In this document: positions 11,327-21,915 of the stretch, one piece after another | Position numbering within the stretch: the stretch's first letter is position 1 | How the letters are laid out: every line of letters begins with the position of its first letter | Made by a program: the position numbers and the translations under genes | From: Eukaryota sp. GEM-RC1 | Lineage: Eukaryota | Length of the DNA: 64,000 bases | Reading direction: 5' to 3' | Assembly (NCBI GenBank): GCA_040285855.1 | Contig: JAUFOQ010000003.1 | Span: forward strand, 1,736,001 to 1,800,000 | Notes under the pieces: model-generated | The model's database searches: none | The model's input: the letters and a program-made list of their open reading frames with translations, nothing else | Told to the model about the DNA's origin: nothing

Positions 11327-12355
11327 TCAGTTAGAAAGATACCCAGGAAGAGTCGAATCCAACCCATCTAAAGTACTTTTAACAGCAGAAGGAGTGGCAA
11401 AGTGATCATCTAGACTATAACTATCCAAAGAAGACTTTGACGGTCTACCTGGAGTGAAAGCATCAGGGGGGTCAATATCTTCGTGATGGCTGACGTCATC
11501 AAGACCAGGAAGAGCGGAAACATTCCGTTTGATGTCTTTTAGATCGAGACCTTTTACAATAACAGGTTTCTTTTGACTAGTTCTTCTTTTCTTCACACAG
11601 GACGGCGTAAACACCATCTTTTTAAAATTTGAACAACAATTCGTCTCAACTGAAATTTTTTCTAGCTTCCGTTGTTTCACGATATACTCATACGTGGTCA
11701 ACCCTAATCGAAACAATTTAACGTGGAACAAGAACAGTTGTAGGAGTAAGATAGAAGAGATGATAGAAAGAAAAAGAAAAAAGAAGACTGAGATTAAATG
11801 ATAATTAAACTTAAAATTGTTGAGATTTTCAAAAAGAAGTAATCAATGACGATGAAGATACTCAAACTTAAAATCAGTAATGAAGCTACAGTCATTACTG
11901 TCAAAAGAACAAAGAAATGGGGATAATTGGAGGACTTTGAGATACAGTTATTGGTGTACCGGCAGTGGTCTAGAATTAGCAAGAAAGGAGACGTGACACA
12001 AACGATCAAAGTTGGGGACGCACTTTTGACAGAGCCGGCAATGTTTGGCGGTTTTGCACACACGCGTGTTGCAGATGGAGCAGAATTGAGAGTTCTTAAT
12101 CTCATGGAAGAAGGAGGGAAGATGTGAGGGCTTTTGGCGTAGTTGGAGATCACCTGGGTTGATGATAGTACATCGAATCTTGAAATAGATTCCGAATAGG
12201 AGTAAACTAGAGAAGGTGATCGTTAAGATCAGGGAAAACGGAGAGAAGAAGAAGGGGAGCAGGATGAAATAGTAACCAGCAGCATAGATGGGGATCAGCA
12301 ACCATGCAGCAACTTGAGCAGCATCAAGAGGCTGCTGGAAGCCATTCTTACGCAT
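11327..12355 (-). CDS. DHHC palmitoyltransferase (ZDHHC1/11-like), spliced
   Basis: MRKNGFQQPL start; Cys-rich domain. Removing a 34-nt GT-AG intron (12003-11970) restores FD-HHC-RYTNNCI. A second junction near 11788-11810 (23-nt intron or indel) joins to LFHVKL..LTTYEYI. Confidence 0.88.
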
Positions 12356-13697
12356 TGAATAAGAAGAATTTTCAAACACCTGACGTTTAAGTCTGGTAAC
12401 CAAATAAATTGTACTGATTCAGTAAAAACAAGAAAACAAGCACAACGTTACACTGTACGTTGCATTGTACTAGGAAACAGTCTAATTTATCAAAACAGTT
12501 AAAGATATTTCCATAGTAAGACATTATGATTATCTAAATATCACTTTACCAATCAAATCGTATTAATGAATAAAAGATGAACAGAAGGATCGCAGTAGTT
12601 AGTGTCAGTTAGTGATCGATCATAAACCCCGCTTTTTTAGGCGTACAATACTAGTAGTGATTCCGAAAGAATTGTTGTTGACCATAATTGCAAGACAAAA
12701 AGTAGCAATAATTTATTATTAGCTTTTCACAATAAAAACATCATTTTTACCACTACATGACCTTTACTTCAAGGAAAATCTGTGTTGCCTTCTTTTCTGT
12801 AGTTGTGAAACAAGATGCTACAACCCAGGAAAGCACTTACTGCCTTAATTGGATTCCTCCTTGCTTTAACGAAGTTAAAAGACTGTGTTCAAAAACAAGA
12901 TAGGAGGACCGTCTCTTGGTTCTGTCAATTATTCATTTTATATGATGCTCCGCTACAGTAAAGTTTGTGGAAGATAGAAACTTTGGGGACAGCATTGAAA
13001 AATAAGTCTTCAGTTAAATTTTGTTTGTTGTTTTGATTAATTGTTCTTTCTTGACAAACACTGACCAGAATGTGAAAAGTCTCTGATAACTGAAGTTGAA
13101 AGGAAAATTGTTTGCAACTATTGTAATGATTTCTTGTCCGAAAATTTGAAACCTCATTACTATACAATAAAACTGAATTTCCGCTAGTATTTATGTGCTG
13201 AGACAAACAGTCAACACGCTAACATGTCACACGCGTGTTAGGAATAATCGTCGATAGGTAGCTTGCACGTACATCTCGGTTACCAATTCTATATTATACA
13301 ATGTTTGCTAACACACACTGATGTTCCATAACCAAGGGATGGATGACTAGAAAAACTGAGCTTTGTTGAACTTCCTGTCAGAAAAAACGTTTACAACACA
13401 AACAACGTTAGAATCCATTTTGTATTCGTTTAGCGTTCACTGAAGGCAAACACACAACATGAAACTAAAATAGAAATTTACTGAGCAAAACTACCTAACG
13501 AATTATGCAATTCGAAAAGTAATTAGGACCATACAAATTGGCCAGACTAAGTGTTTTCATCTTTTCTTTTCTTTCCACTACCGTTTTAGAAACGTAATAA
13601 TGATATACCGTAACAACAAACAGAAAATTACATGTACTCTTTCAAAAAGCAATATACTCAAAGTCTTTTTTGCCCAGAGACTGTAATCTTTTCCGAT

Positions 13698-13751
13698 CAT
13701 ACTTAGGCATGACACGCTTTGAGAATTGTCATGACGTCGTGCCCGAGTATG
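13698..13751. mobile_element. 54-bp hAT-type MITE
   Basis: TIRs catacttaggcatgac / gtcgtgcccgagtatg; exact 8-bp TSD tttccgat (13690-13697, 13752-13759). Confidence 0.8.
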
Positions 13752-14015
13752 TTTCCGATCAAATATTGATTACTATGGACACTTCATAGATTTCATGTAT
13801 AAACTCACCCTATGATACTGAAGAAAACAGCAGTGGGGGATTTCTTGAACGTCATCTTTCAAATATTAGCAAAAGGAGACATTTTCACAGACTAAAATCA
13901 TCACGTATTTGTGTGTTAAGTACATGATGTACTATGATGTACTCAGCTAAGCTGTGATCTAAAATTTAATTTTCCCAGTTTCATTGTTCTTTCGTTCTTT
14001 CTTTCTGTCCACCCA

Positions 14016-15701
14016 ATGAACATAGACAACGCAAAGATTTATATCGACGCAGATAACTTTCAGAATCACGCTGATTCTATTTTGGATGCCTTACGAAATC
14101 TCTTTGGTCCTGGTGCTCCTGTAAGCGTTTTCCTCTCATCTGATGAGGTGTTTAAAATTCAGAATCGTAAGACGATCCAGAAACAAAATGTACATGCTTG
14201 GATGACTGCTTGTCATAGCAGAGGGATTCATGCTGAACGTGTCCAACCTGCAAATGGACGTAAGAACTCTACTGACATCGCTCTTATTGTACGAATCTTT
14301 GAAGATTTATTCTCAGAGAAAAACCCTGATGATGTTACTGTTGTCATAGTAAGCGGAGATTCTGATTTTGTTCATGTTATTAAAGCTTTGAAGAAGATCG
14401 TCAAAGACACAATCATTTGCGGGAACTCTAACACTAACTCTTCCTACAAAAATACCACTCGATACATAAATTTCGAAACGCTTATTGGAGCAAATGAGCC
14501 TGAATCACTGGACATAGCCAAGGACTTGATTATCTCCGTTCTAGAAAAACTACCCAAAAGTGAGATGCTGACTTCGGATGTAATTGAACACAAACTCATG
14601 AAACATAGTCATGGTTATTGGCCGATGGTGTATGGTTGCACATCCACAGATCAGCTTTTGAGTCGATTGTCAATTCACTTTGAAGAAGACGCTCTCTCTG
14701 TCCATTCTTTGCTAAAGATTTTAAAAGAACTCCCACGAACTAATGTAGAACCTACCATAATCCATGACAAATCCCTTGAGCAATCCGATGAGGACATTCG
14801 TTCTCTATCAAACAATACCAGAACTACAAAAGCTTCACCAGGACGAACAAAACCTAAGAAAGAGAACACTCCTCCGATAGCAAACAATCGCTTCAGTTCG
14901 TTACATGAAGACAGTGAGGTTTCAGATGACAAAGGCAGATCAGCTCCATCTCAATCTCGTAGTAGTCGTCCTAAATCTCCTGAGGTCACATCTACATCTG
15001 GACAGAAAAATACCACCGCTGTTGACAACGTAGACCAACCTCCAAGAGACATGTCAGAATTTCAATCTCCAAACAGACCATCAAACACGTCAAAGTTTCC
15101 CTCAGACCCTCTCAAAAAATCTAAAACCAATCATGTTTCCGAAAAAGGTTTCTTTGCAGACCCTCTCAAAAAATCTACTTCAAGATGTCCAGTTGATCAA
15201 CCACCACATCCACTTCAAACAACTACTCAACTTCAACACACCACATCAAGTAGATTGAACTATGGTGGTTCTGATGCAGTTCCTCCAGTAACCGTAGCAA
15301 GCGATGCCCCAGTTCGTCCAGAGAAGAAGTTTCTAGACAAGACGAGAACTGTTGAGGTTAAGACATCGTCAGTTGATCCAGTTGATGAGCTCACGAGAAC
15401 TAAAGCAGATGTTCAAAATCGTCTGGGTCTGCTTAATAAACAAGTCAACAACAAGCCAGTAGCTGATGATCCTCCAGCTACCCCTGCTGAAAGGGAACAA
15501 CACCAAAGAGATCTTGATTCTATTCCAGACCATGTTAAAGCCAAACTTCCAGAGTTACCAATTGGATTTAAGCGTCTTGAGTTAGAGATTTACCTATCAG
15601 ATGAAGTATTTGAAAAGGAATTTGGGCACACAAGAGAGAAGTATAATTCCCTGCCCAGATGGAAGAAAGATCGATTGAAAAAAGATAATGGTTTTTTCTA
15701 A
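14016..15701 (+). CDS. NYN (LabA/DUF88, PIN-fold) nuclease + OST-HTH/LOTUS-like + disordered linker + villin headpiece
   Basis: IYIDADN, RKNSTDIAL, IVSGDSDF (NYN acidic motifs); 'WPMVYGCTSTDQLLSRL' (OST-HTH-like); C-terminus 'YLSDEVFEKEFGHTREKYNSLPRWKKDRLKKDNGFF' (villin headpiece). Confidence 0.85.
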   Translation: MNIDNAKIYIDADNFQNHADSILDALRNLFGPGAPVSVFLSSDEVFKIQNRKTIQKQNVHAWMTACHSRGIHAERVQPANGRKNSTDIALIVRIFEDLFSEKNPDDVTVVIVSGDSDFVHVIKALKKIVKDTIICGNSNTNSSYKNTTRYINFETLIGANEPESLDIAKDLIISVLEKLPKSEMLTSDVIEHKLMKHSHGYWPMVYGCTSTDQLLSRLSIHFEEDALSVHSLLKILKELPRTNVEPTIIHDKSLEQSDEDIRSLSNNTRTTKASPGRTKPKKENTPPIANNRFSSLHEDSEVSDDKGRSAPSQSRSSRPKSPEVTSTSGQKNTTAVDNVDQPPRDMSEFQSPNRPSNTSKFPSDPLKKSKTNHVSEKGFFADPLKKSTSRCPVDQPPHPLQTTTQLQHTTSSRLNYGGSDAVPPVTVASDAPVRPEKKFLDKTRTVEVKTSSVDPVDELTRTKADVQNRLGLLNKQVNNKPVADDPPATPAEREQHQRDLDSIPDHVKAKLPELPIGFKRLELEIYLSDEVFEKEFGHTREKYNSLPRWKKDRLKKDNGFF

Positions 15702-16486
15702 TTTATTGTTGTATATGAATATACTTGTTAAGTACATTATTTTTCCTTAATTTTTGAAGTTGTGAAATTGTTCTTCTTTTCAAAAATCTTACAAACTCAG
15801 ATGTTCTCTCCGACTATGTATATTTTCCCAAAAATCCTGAAATGATATTACATGCACGTGTATTTTACTAGGGTTATTGTTTTGAAGTACTACCCACATA
15901 TCGTTATCCATATCGATTTGTCAACTTCTGTATCATCAAACAAACCAGTCAGAAAACTGGTTCTAAAAAGGAGACTATTCCATAAGATTTACACATGCAG
16001 TAAAATTGATCCCTTACAGAGTCATGAACCTTACTTCTAAAAGAAATATACCGGTTACAATTCAATAAATATGTAGGTATTACAGATTGCCCTTATTTGC
16101 ATTTCAAATTATGTGGAAGGTTATCAGGCCAAATTAATGACCGTAAACGCATGTTTAATGATCAAGTTATCATCAATTGAGCATACCTGGACATGACAAC
16201 AAATTGAACTCTGTCATAACGTCATGACGGTCCATGACATAACAGTGTGAAAGCAACCGCTATTTTCAATATTTATGGATAATTATCCAACAACAGTCTG
16301 CAAAAAACCCCTTTATATACTCTTACAAATACAAACTATCATCAATATTAACAAATGAGATACAAATACCACTACTTCATCTCAAAATCATGTCTCAATG
16401 CAAAGAGAAGCTTTGAAAGGGGAAAACGACAACCTTCCTCTCCAGTAACTTTCATTAAAATCAAGTCTATTTTTGAATACCTAGAA

Positions 16487-16588
16487 ATTTATTGACAACA
16501 ACACTACAGTGTACATAAATCTAATAATCAATATCCTCAAAGTCCAGATTGCCTATCTGGAAATTCTCACCTACCTTATCCTCATAAT
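16487..16588. repeat. Dispersed ~100-bp repeat, second copy at ~58497-58594
   Basis: Shared tttattga.aacaac.ctacagtgtacata...attgcctatctggaaattctca.ctaccttatcctcataat. Confidence 0.75.
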
Positions 16589-17162
16589 GTCTGCCAAGAG
16601 ATAACAAAACGCTAGATACAGAAGTCACCATACCTTTAAAGATAAAATCAAGTCTGCATGTATAAATATTCTTTTTCATCTTCATTTCCACCATTTTTTC
16701 AGTTCTTATACCGCTAAGGACCTCACTGAATCATCTTTTTGTACCAGCACGAGTTTGTGGTTCATTTGTCGTGATACAATTCCATCATCATCATTTTATC
16801 TGTCACTTAAACTAAAAAAAATTGCATATAGACAAGGAATAGCAGATAATGTCAAAATGGAACTGAATTAAGGAGGAGAGGTTGTTTGGACAATGTCAGG
16901 CGACAAATGAGTCATTTGATTCAGGTGTATTCTCAGCAATTAAATAGCATTAAATGATTTGTCATAATACTTCACAAAAAAAACCACAATGGCGTCATGA
17001 GGTCATACACAGGTATTGATTTGAGTAATCAGACATGAAGCAGAGCTATTTGAAGACTAGTATTGTTTGTATTTGTTTTGCAAATTTATATTTTCGTATG
17101 AATGTCATTCTGATGGGCAACGTAAAGTAAGTTGCTTTATACATTTCTTATACCTACCTAAA

Positions 17163-18041
17163 TTAGGCAGGTATAAAAATGTATAATTATTGAGCCAAGT
17201 CATATCCAAATTTGGATTGGCTTACTCAAATGGCTCAAGCCAAAGCCGAAGCTTGCAAAAAATAACGTAAATAACGTAAATGAACAAGTTGACCAAGTTC
17301 ATTGCAATGATTACATACATCGATTCATAAGATGTACAAACAAATACAAAAAGTTATAGAAATACGGCTAGTGCACTCATAATTGTGATCATTACTGATA
17401 AAATTCTTAATATTGTAGATTTACTGCTTCTCTCCCTGATGACTGAAAAATGACCAAGGAATTCTTACGTTTCCCACTACTGTCCCAGATGGTCATGAGG
17501 TCATAGTGGAAGAAGATCAATTTCTAAGGTACAAGAGTTTGTGTCCAAACGATCTTAAATCATGCCGCTTGCACAGTGGAAATTGGACAGTAAAGCGAAT
17601 CCTCCTTTGGCAGAGATTTTCTGACCATTCTTATATTTTCAATTCCCTGTGAAAGGGTTTTTTCCGTTGCTGACCATATCAAGTGCAAACAAAGGTCATC
17701 ACTTGACGACTAATCTATAACTTCGTTAATGCTCAAAGGATTGGCTCAATTATGGATATGAATGAGTTGATTGTAGTGATGTCGAAAACGATGAATCTGC
17801 TCATTCTTTAGATTCACAAGACATCAAGGCATTCATCCACCTTTGTACTAAAACGACAGTAGTTTGTGACGAGTTTCATCAATAGAAACAATTACAAAAT
17901 ATTTGTTTATTCAAACCGAAAAAATATCGACTTGGCTCGGCTTCAAGTCGACTTGTCACTTTGGTTCGGCTTACTCAAATGGCTCAAGCCAAAGGCGAAA
18001 CAGTTTGGAATTTTATTCGTCTCAAGCCGTTGACAGCTCTA
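17163..18041 (+). mobile_element. Internally deleted hAT element with transposase C-terminal dimerisation remnant
   Basis: ~17610-17755 translates as RDFLTILIFSIPCERVFSVADHIKCKQRSSLDD*SITSLML (hATC). Right TIR ttgacagctcta; ggctcaagcc subterminal repeats; tacctaaa at 17155-17162 and 18042-18049. Confidence 0.75.
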
Positions 18042-18859
18042 TACCTAAATACCTAAAATTTGATTTTATTGAAACAACACCTGTCACTATCAAATCTGAC
18101 AACAGCTTTGTCCTCATAAAAGGAAATCTCAGCGAGAAAATAGAAAAATGAGGTTTAAGGCACGACAATTATTGATTTTTCTTTGCTCAGAGGGCAATCA
18201 CATGTAGTTGTCAAAATCATTTTTATCCAACCCTGTTTAAATAATGTCATCTGAGGGATTGGTATTGAGCTCGGAAGAAACTTTTTCCAACCATTTAGAT
18301 ATTAAGGCAACATTCCCAAGCCAAAAGGTTACAATTCGAACTGAATATAATGAAATAAACTATGCTCCTAATCATTTGGGTCCTCAGAAAAGTATAGTAG
18401 AGGGTATGCTTGTATTGATTCATTTAGTAAACTCACATATTTGTTTAAACAATTCCGGTTGTGATATAAAACCGTTTAGAATTTTTCATAGCTTTCAGTT
18501 ACTAGTTTCATGAACGAGCTTAGTCGTTACAATGTTTTAAATAAACCGGAACAGCTGACAGATAAGTCAATATTGCAAGATATACTAGTTCCAGGAAACA
18601 ATGATAAAATGAAGTCTCTCAATTTCTACGGTAATTTTCTTGGTTCTACAAACACAACACTCAAGGCAGGGTTTGATAAAGCGTTGGTCATAATTAACGA
18701 GATATATCAACACCTTGTTTGATCAACAAATTATTGATTGGTTCATGTTTTAGTTAGCTTTAGATGTTCATGATTGACTATGATAACTTAAAGATAACTG
18801 GATGGTACTACTGTATTCATTTTTCATGAATATCCTATGATTTTACAAATGAGAGATTT

Positions 18860-18950
18860 AAAGGACCCCAGTACAAGCAAGGTTCCAATACAAGCATAGT
18901 AAAGGGCATGCTTGTATTGTTTATACGGTTGCTTGTTTTAGGACCTCGTG
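18860..18950. repeat. Decayed MITE-like repeat (caatacaagc / gcttgtatt inverted units); related copies at ~18380-18420 and ~31470-31538
   Basis: Shared tacaagcaagg.tccaatacaagca...ggttgcttgt.ttaggac sequence. Confidence 0.55.
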
Positions 18951-19082
18951 ATATGTAGATTATGTCATTTTTTTAGTAAATTGATTTTTTTACAGTAATT
19001 TGCGACACTCATTTTGGCACACATTAAACAAGAAACAGAAAACAAATCGTCATGACTTACCAAAAGCAAAATACAGTTAAGT

Positions 19083-19676
19083 TTATGTCAATCTATTACG
19101 ATCCAGTGATTCGACTTCTTTCTGAAGCCCATCAGAATCCTTATCAAGCTTAATCAGCAGCTTATTGTGATAATCCAAAATCTCCCCAATCTGCTTCATT
19201 GGCTCCGACAATTGAGGTTCTACGGCGTTCAATCGCTCAATAACACGTGTATACTCCTGAGAAAGACTTGACAAATCAGAAGCAATAGACTGTGCTTTCT
19301 TGTGAACGTCTTTCCTGTCAATATCTGATTTAGTATCCTTTTTAGACTGGACAGTGTCTGCAGAGGAAATGCTTTCTTCTAATTCTTTGATATACTGTTC
19401 TAACTTGTTCTGGTCATCAGTAATGTAAGCCAACACAGACTGTAGTTCCTTGTGTTGTTCCTCTGTTTGCTTAATGTGGTCTTGAATAGCTTTGAGATTG
19501 TTCTCATTAGCATAGATTTGTTCATCCCATTTTTCCACCTTTGTGGCAGCGGTAGCAAAAGCCTGAACATCAGATTGAAGTTGCTGACTCCATGTGTTTA
19601 TGATGGAACCAAGGTCCATATCTGTTAAATTGTCATCAATGGCTTGTTTTGACGTTGTTTCAGTAGAGGATGACAT
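19083..19676 (-). CDS. NUP62: Nucleoporin Nup62/Nsp1, coiled-coil (Nsp1_C) region only
   Basis: 'IINTWSQQLQSDVQAFATAATKVEKWDEQIYAN' and 'PMKQIGEILDYHNKLLIKLD' match the Nsp1_C pattern; no FG repeats. Confidence 0.8.
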   Translation of the reverse strand: MSSSTETTSKQAIDDNLTDMDLGSIINTWSQQLQSDVQAFATAATKVEKWDEQIYANENNLKAIQDHIKQTEEQHKELQSVLAYITDDQNKLEQYIKELEESISSADTVQSKKDTKSDIDRKDVHKKAQSIASDLSSLSQEYTRVIERLNAVEPQLSEPMKQIGEILDYHNKLLIKLDKDSDGLQKEVESLDRNRLT

Positions 19677-19750
19677 CAGGTATTAGGGAAGAATGAATAC
19701 TTGAAAGAGAAGAAATTCAGACAATTCCTGCTTCTGTTCATCGATGCTTG

Positions 19751-21322
19751 ATGAATGATTTTTCTGTTTCCTTCTGGTCAAGTTCTGACTCCAAACATAC
19801 TGGAACTTTATCAGTAGATGATATTTCGGTCAAATTCTTTGCATCTGGAATTCCACCCATCGTCATTCCTATTTCTTCCATTGGAGGTCTTTTCCGATCC
19901 AAGGACACTGTCACACATGTAATTCTTAAAATAGTACCTACAGATCCCACAAATCCCACTCGAATCAGTGACCCAAGAACTCCCGGCTCTTACAATTTTG
20001 AGTTTATAACCTCAAATAAGCTTGCTGATCGTGAGAAAGTATATCAACTCATCCAATCTCGTTCATCCATCCTTTCTCAACCACTCCCCTCTCCAACTCC
20101 TTCTTCATCCACTGCAACTGAGTCACGCTCTAGTCTGAGCTCTAATGAAGTACTGGTAGAACGTTTAAAGCGTAAAAACTTGGTTAAGAAATACCCTGCC
20201 CTTCTAATTCTCCACAAGGAACTTGTTTCCAAGAAACTTCTACCGGAGACTGACTTTTGGGCTCTCCACCGAGACTTACTAGATTTGGAAGGTTCAATAG
20301 GTAATCAAAGTAGTATTGTTTCTGACGTTCCAGGGCTATTGGTATCGTCATCAATGGTTGCCAATGAGATCTCTTTTCACATGACTTCTGCTGACGAAGA
20401 GTCTATTTTCAAGGAGTTTCCCAAGCTTAATGAGCTGTTTCAGACTGAGATTGACAAGGGAACTGATCCTGTAAGATTCTGGGTAGAGTTTATTAATTAC
20501 AAGAAGGAATTACTTTCAATTGATCGGGGTAATCCTGATGCGGTTAATAGTTTTTCAGAGCTAAAGAAAAAATTCTTCCAGTGCGAGGAATCAACGAAAA
20601 TCAGAAACGTGGATAAGCTGCCCCCTGAGCTCTACTTTGAACCGATTGAAGTTACTGAAGCATGGCCATTCAAGGATGTTGACCGGGAAGTTGGTTGTCT
20701 TATTGAAGAAACTTTACAGAATTCAGAAGGTGATGACGTTTCCTTGATGTTTAAAGACAATTTGATTAATGAGATCAATCAGCATGCGTTGAGGGTGGGG
20801 CAATCATTTTTGATTGATTCATATGTTGCTGACCAGGGCTCTGCTGATGACGTGTTGATGACCGGCACTAAAAGGAGATCAGGATTTCTAGGGTTTCCTC
20901 TCGGTTTAAAACCTACTCCTGCAACAAAGGTCAAGCCTGAGGATATCCCAAGTGATTATATATCTAGTTTTTCTGAAAGTTTTCTTGGTGATTCTACTAT
21001 TTTTGAACCTAATCACGATCTTTGCTTTAAAATCATGGGTGATATGAGTAAGTCAGCTCAAAGAACAAGCTCACGGAATCTAGATCGCTCATTGTCGTCT
21101 GCTACGATTAAATCAATTTCTAAATATTCTCTCATGATTGGGGAGTTTTTGCGACATTTTTATAAATTGAAACCTTTTCAACGGAAGTCCCTTGACCAAA
21201 GTCTAGTTAAGCTCAGGTCAATGGCTGAGGACTTTATCAATTCTCAATCAAGTGATTCAATCTCTTTAGTTGCAAGACAGCTACAACCTGCCATCCAGTC
21301 ATTGAATAAAGCTCTTAGTTGA
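19751..21322 (+). CDS. GTF2H1: TFIIH subunit p62/Tfb1
   Basis: N-terminal PH-like domain; BSD motifs 'PALLILHKELVSKKLLPETDFW' and 'ESIFKEFPKL..RFW'; 'INEINQHALRV'; 'EFLRHFY'. Confidence 0.8.
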   Translation: MNDFSVSFWSSSDSKHTGTLSVDDISVKFFASGIPPIVIPISSIGGLFRSKDTVTHVILKIVPTDPTNPTRISDPRTPGSYNFEFITSNKLADREKVYQLIQSRSSILSQPLPSPTPSSSTATESRSSLSSNEVLVERLKRKNLVKKYPALLILHKELVSKKLLPETDFWALHRDLLDLEGSIGNQSSIVSDVPGLLVSSSMVANEISFHMTSADEESIFKEFPKLNELFQTEIDKGTDPVRFWVEFINYKKELLSIDRGNPDAVNSFSELKKKFFQCEESTKIRNVDKLPPELYFEPIEVTEAWPFKDVDREVGCLIEETLQNSEGDDVSLMFKDNLINEINQHALRVGQSFLIDSYVADQGSADDVLMTGTKRRSGFLGFPLGLKPTPATKVKPEDIPSDYISSFSESFLGDSTIFEPNHDLCFKIMGDMSKSAQRTSSRNLDRSLSSATIKSISKYSLMIGEFLRHFYKLKPFQRKSLDQSLVKLRSMAEDFINSQSSDSISLVARQLQPAIQSLNKALS

Positions 21323-21915
21323 TGATTAAAGACGGTTATTAAAGACCGTTATATGTGGACGTCATCGAACATTGACGTTTGAGCTCTTTACTTCTGAATC
21401 TAGATGGTGACATTCATTTTGGTTCCTTTTTGGTGTAATTGATTTTTAAAAAGTACTTGCTATGTCATTGTTCTTTGACTTTTACTCCAAGTTGTGTAGG
21501 TGTTTTTAGGTAAGTTACTAGTATCGTTTTGTTGCTAGTCAGTTACTTCATGGATGGATTATGCATTTTTCTTTTGCGAAATACGCGTAAAGCCTTTTCA
21601 CTGAAGGTTTTAACCAGACGTATTCTGAAATAGTGTTTTTTTGTCAATGTATTGCTTTATCGAACTATAAAAACCCATGTGTTGTCTGTTTTCTTTAAAA
21701 AAAAAGAACAAAAAACCTTCTGAACAACAGTTAACAACTTCTGCAACATCTTGCTAACTTGTAATTACGTTTAACCCCATAAGTGTCCCGATACAGGCAA
21801 GTAAAAGTGTTTCTTCTAAGTGTTCTCTAAAAAACTGGATGGTGAGTTAAACTTTAATTATAGCAACTACAATGTTAGATGATAATGAGAAGACAAACTT
21901 ATTTTGTTGTACAAG

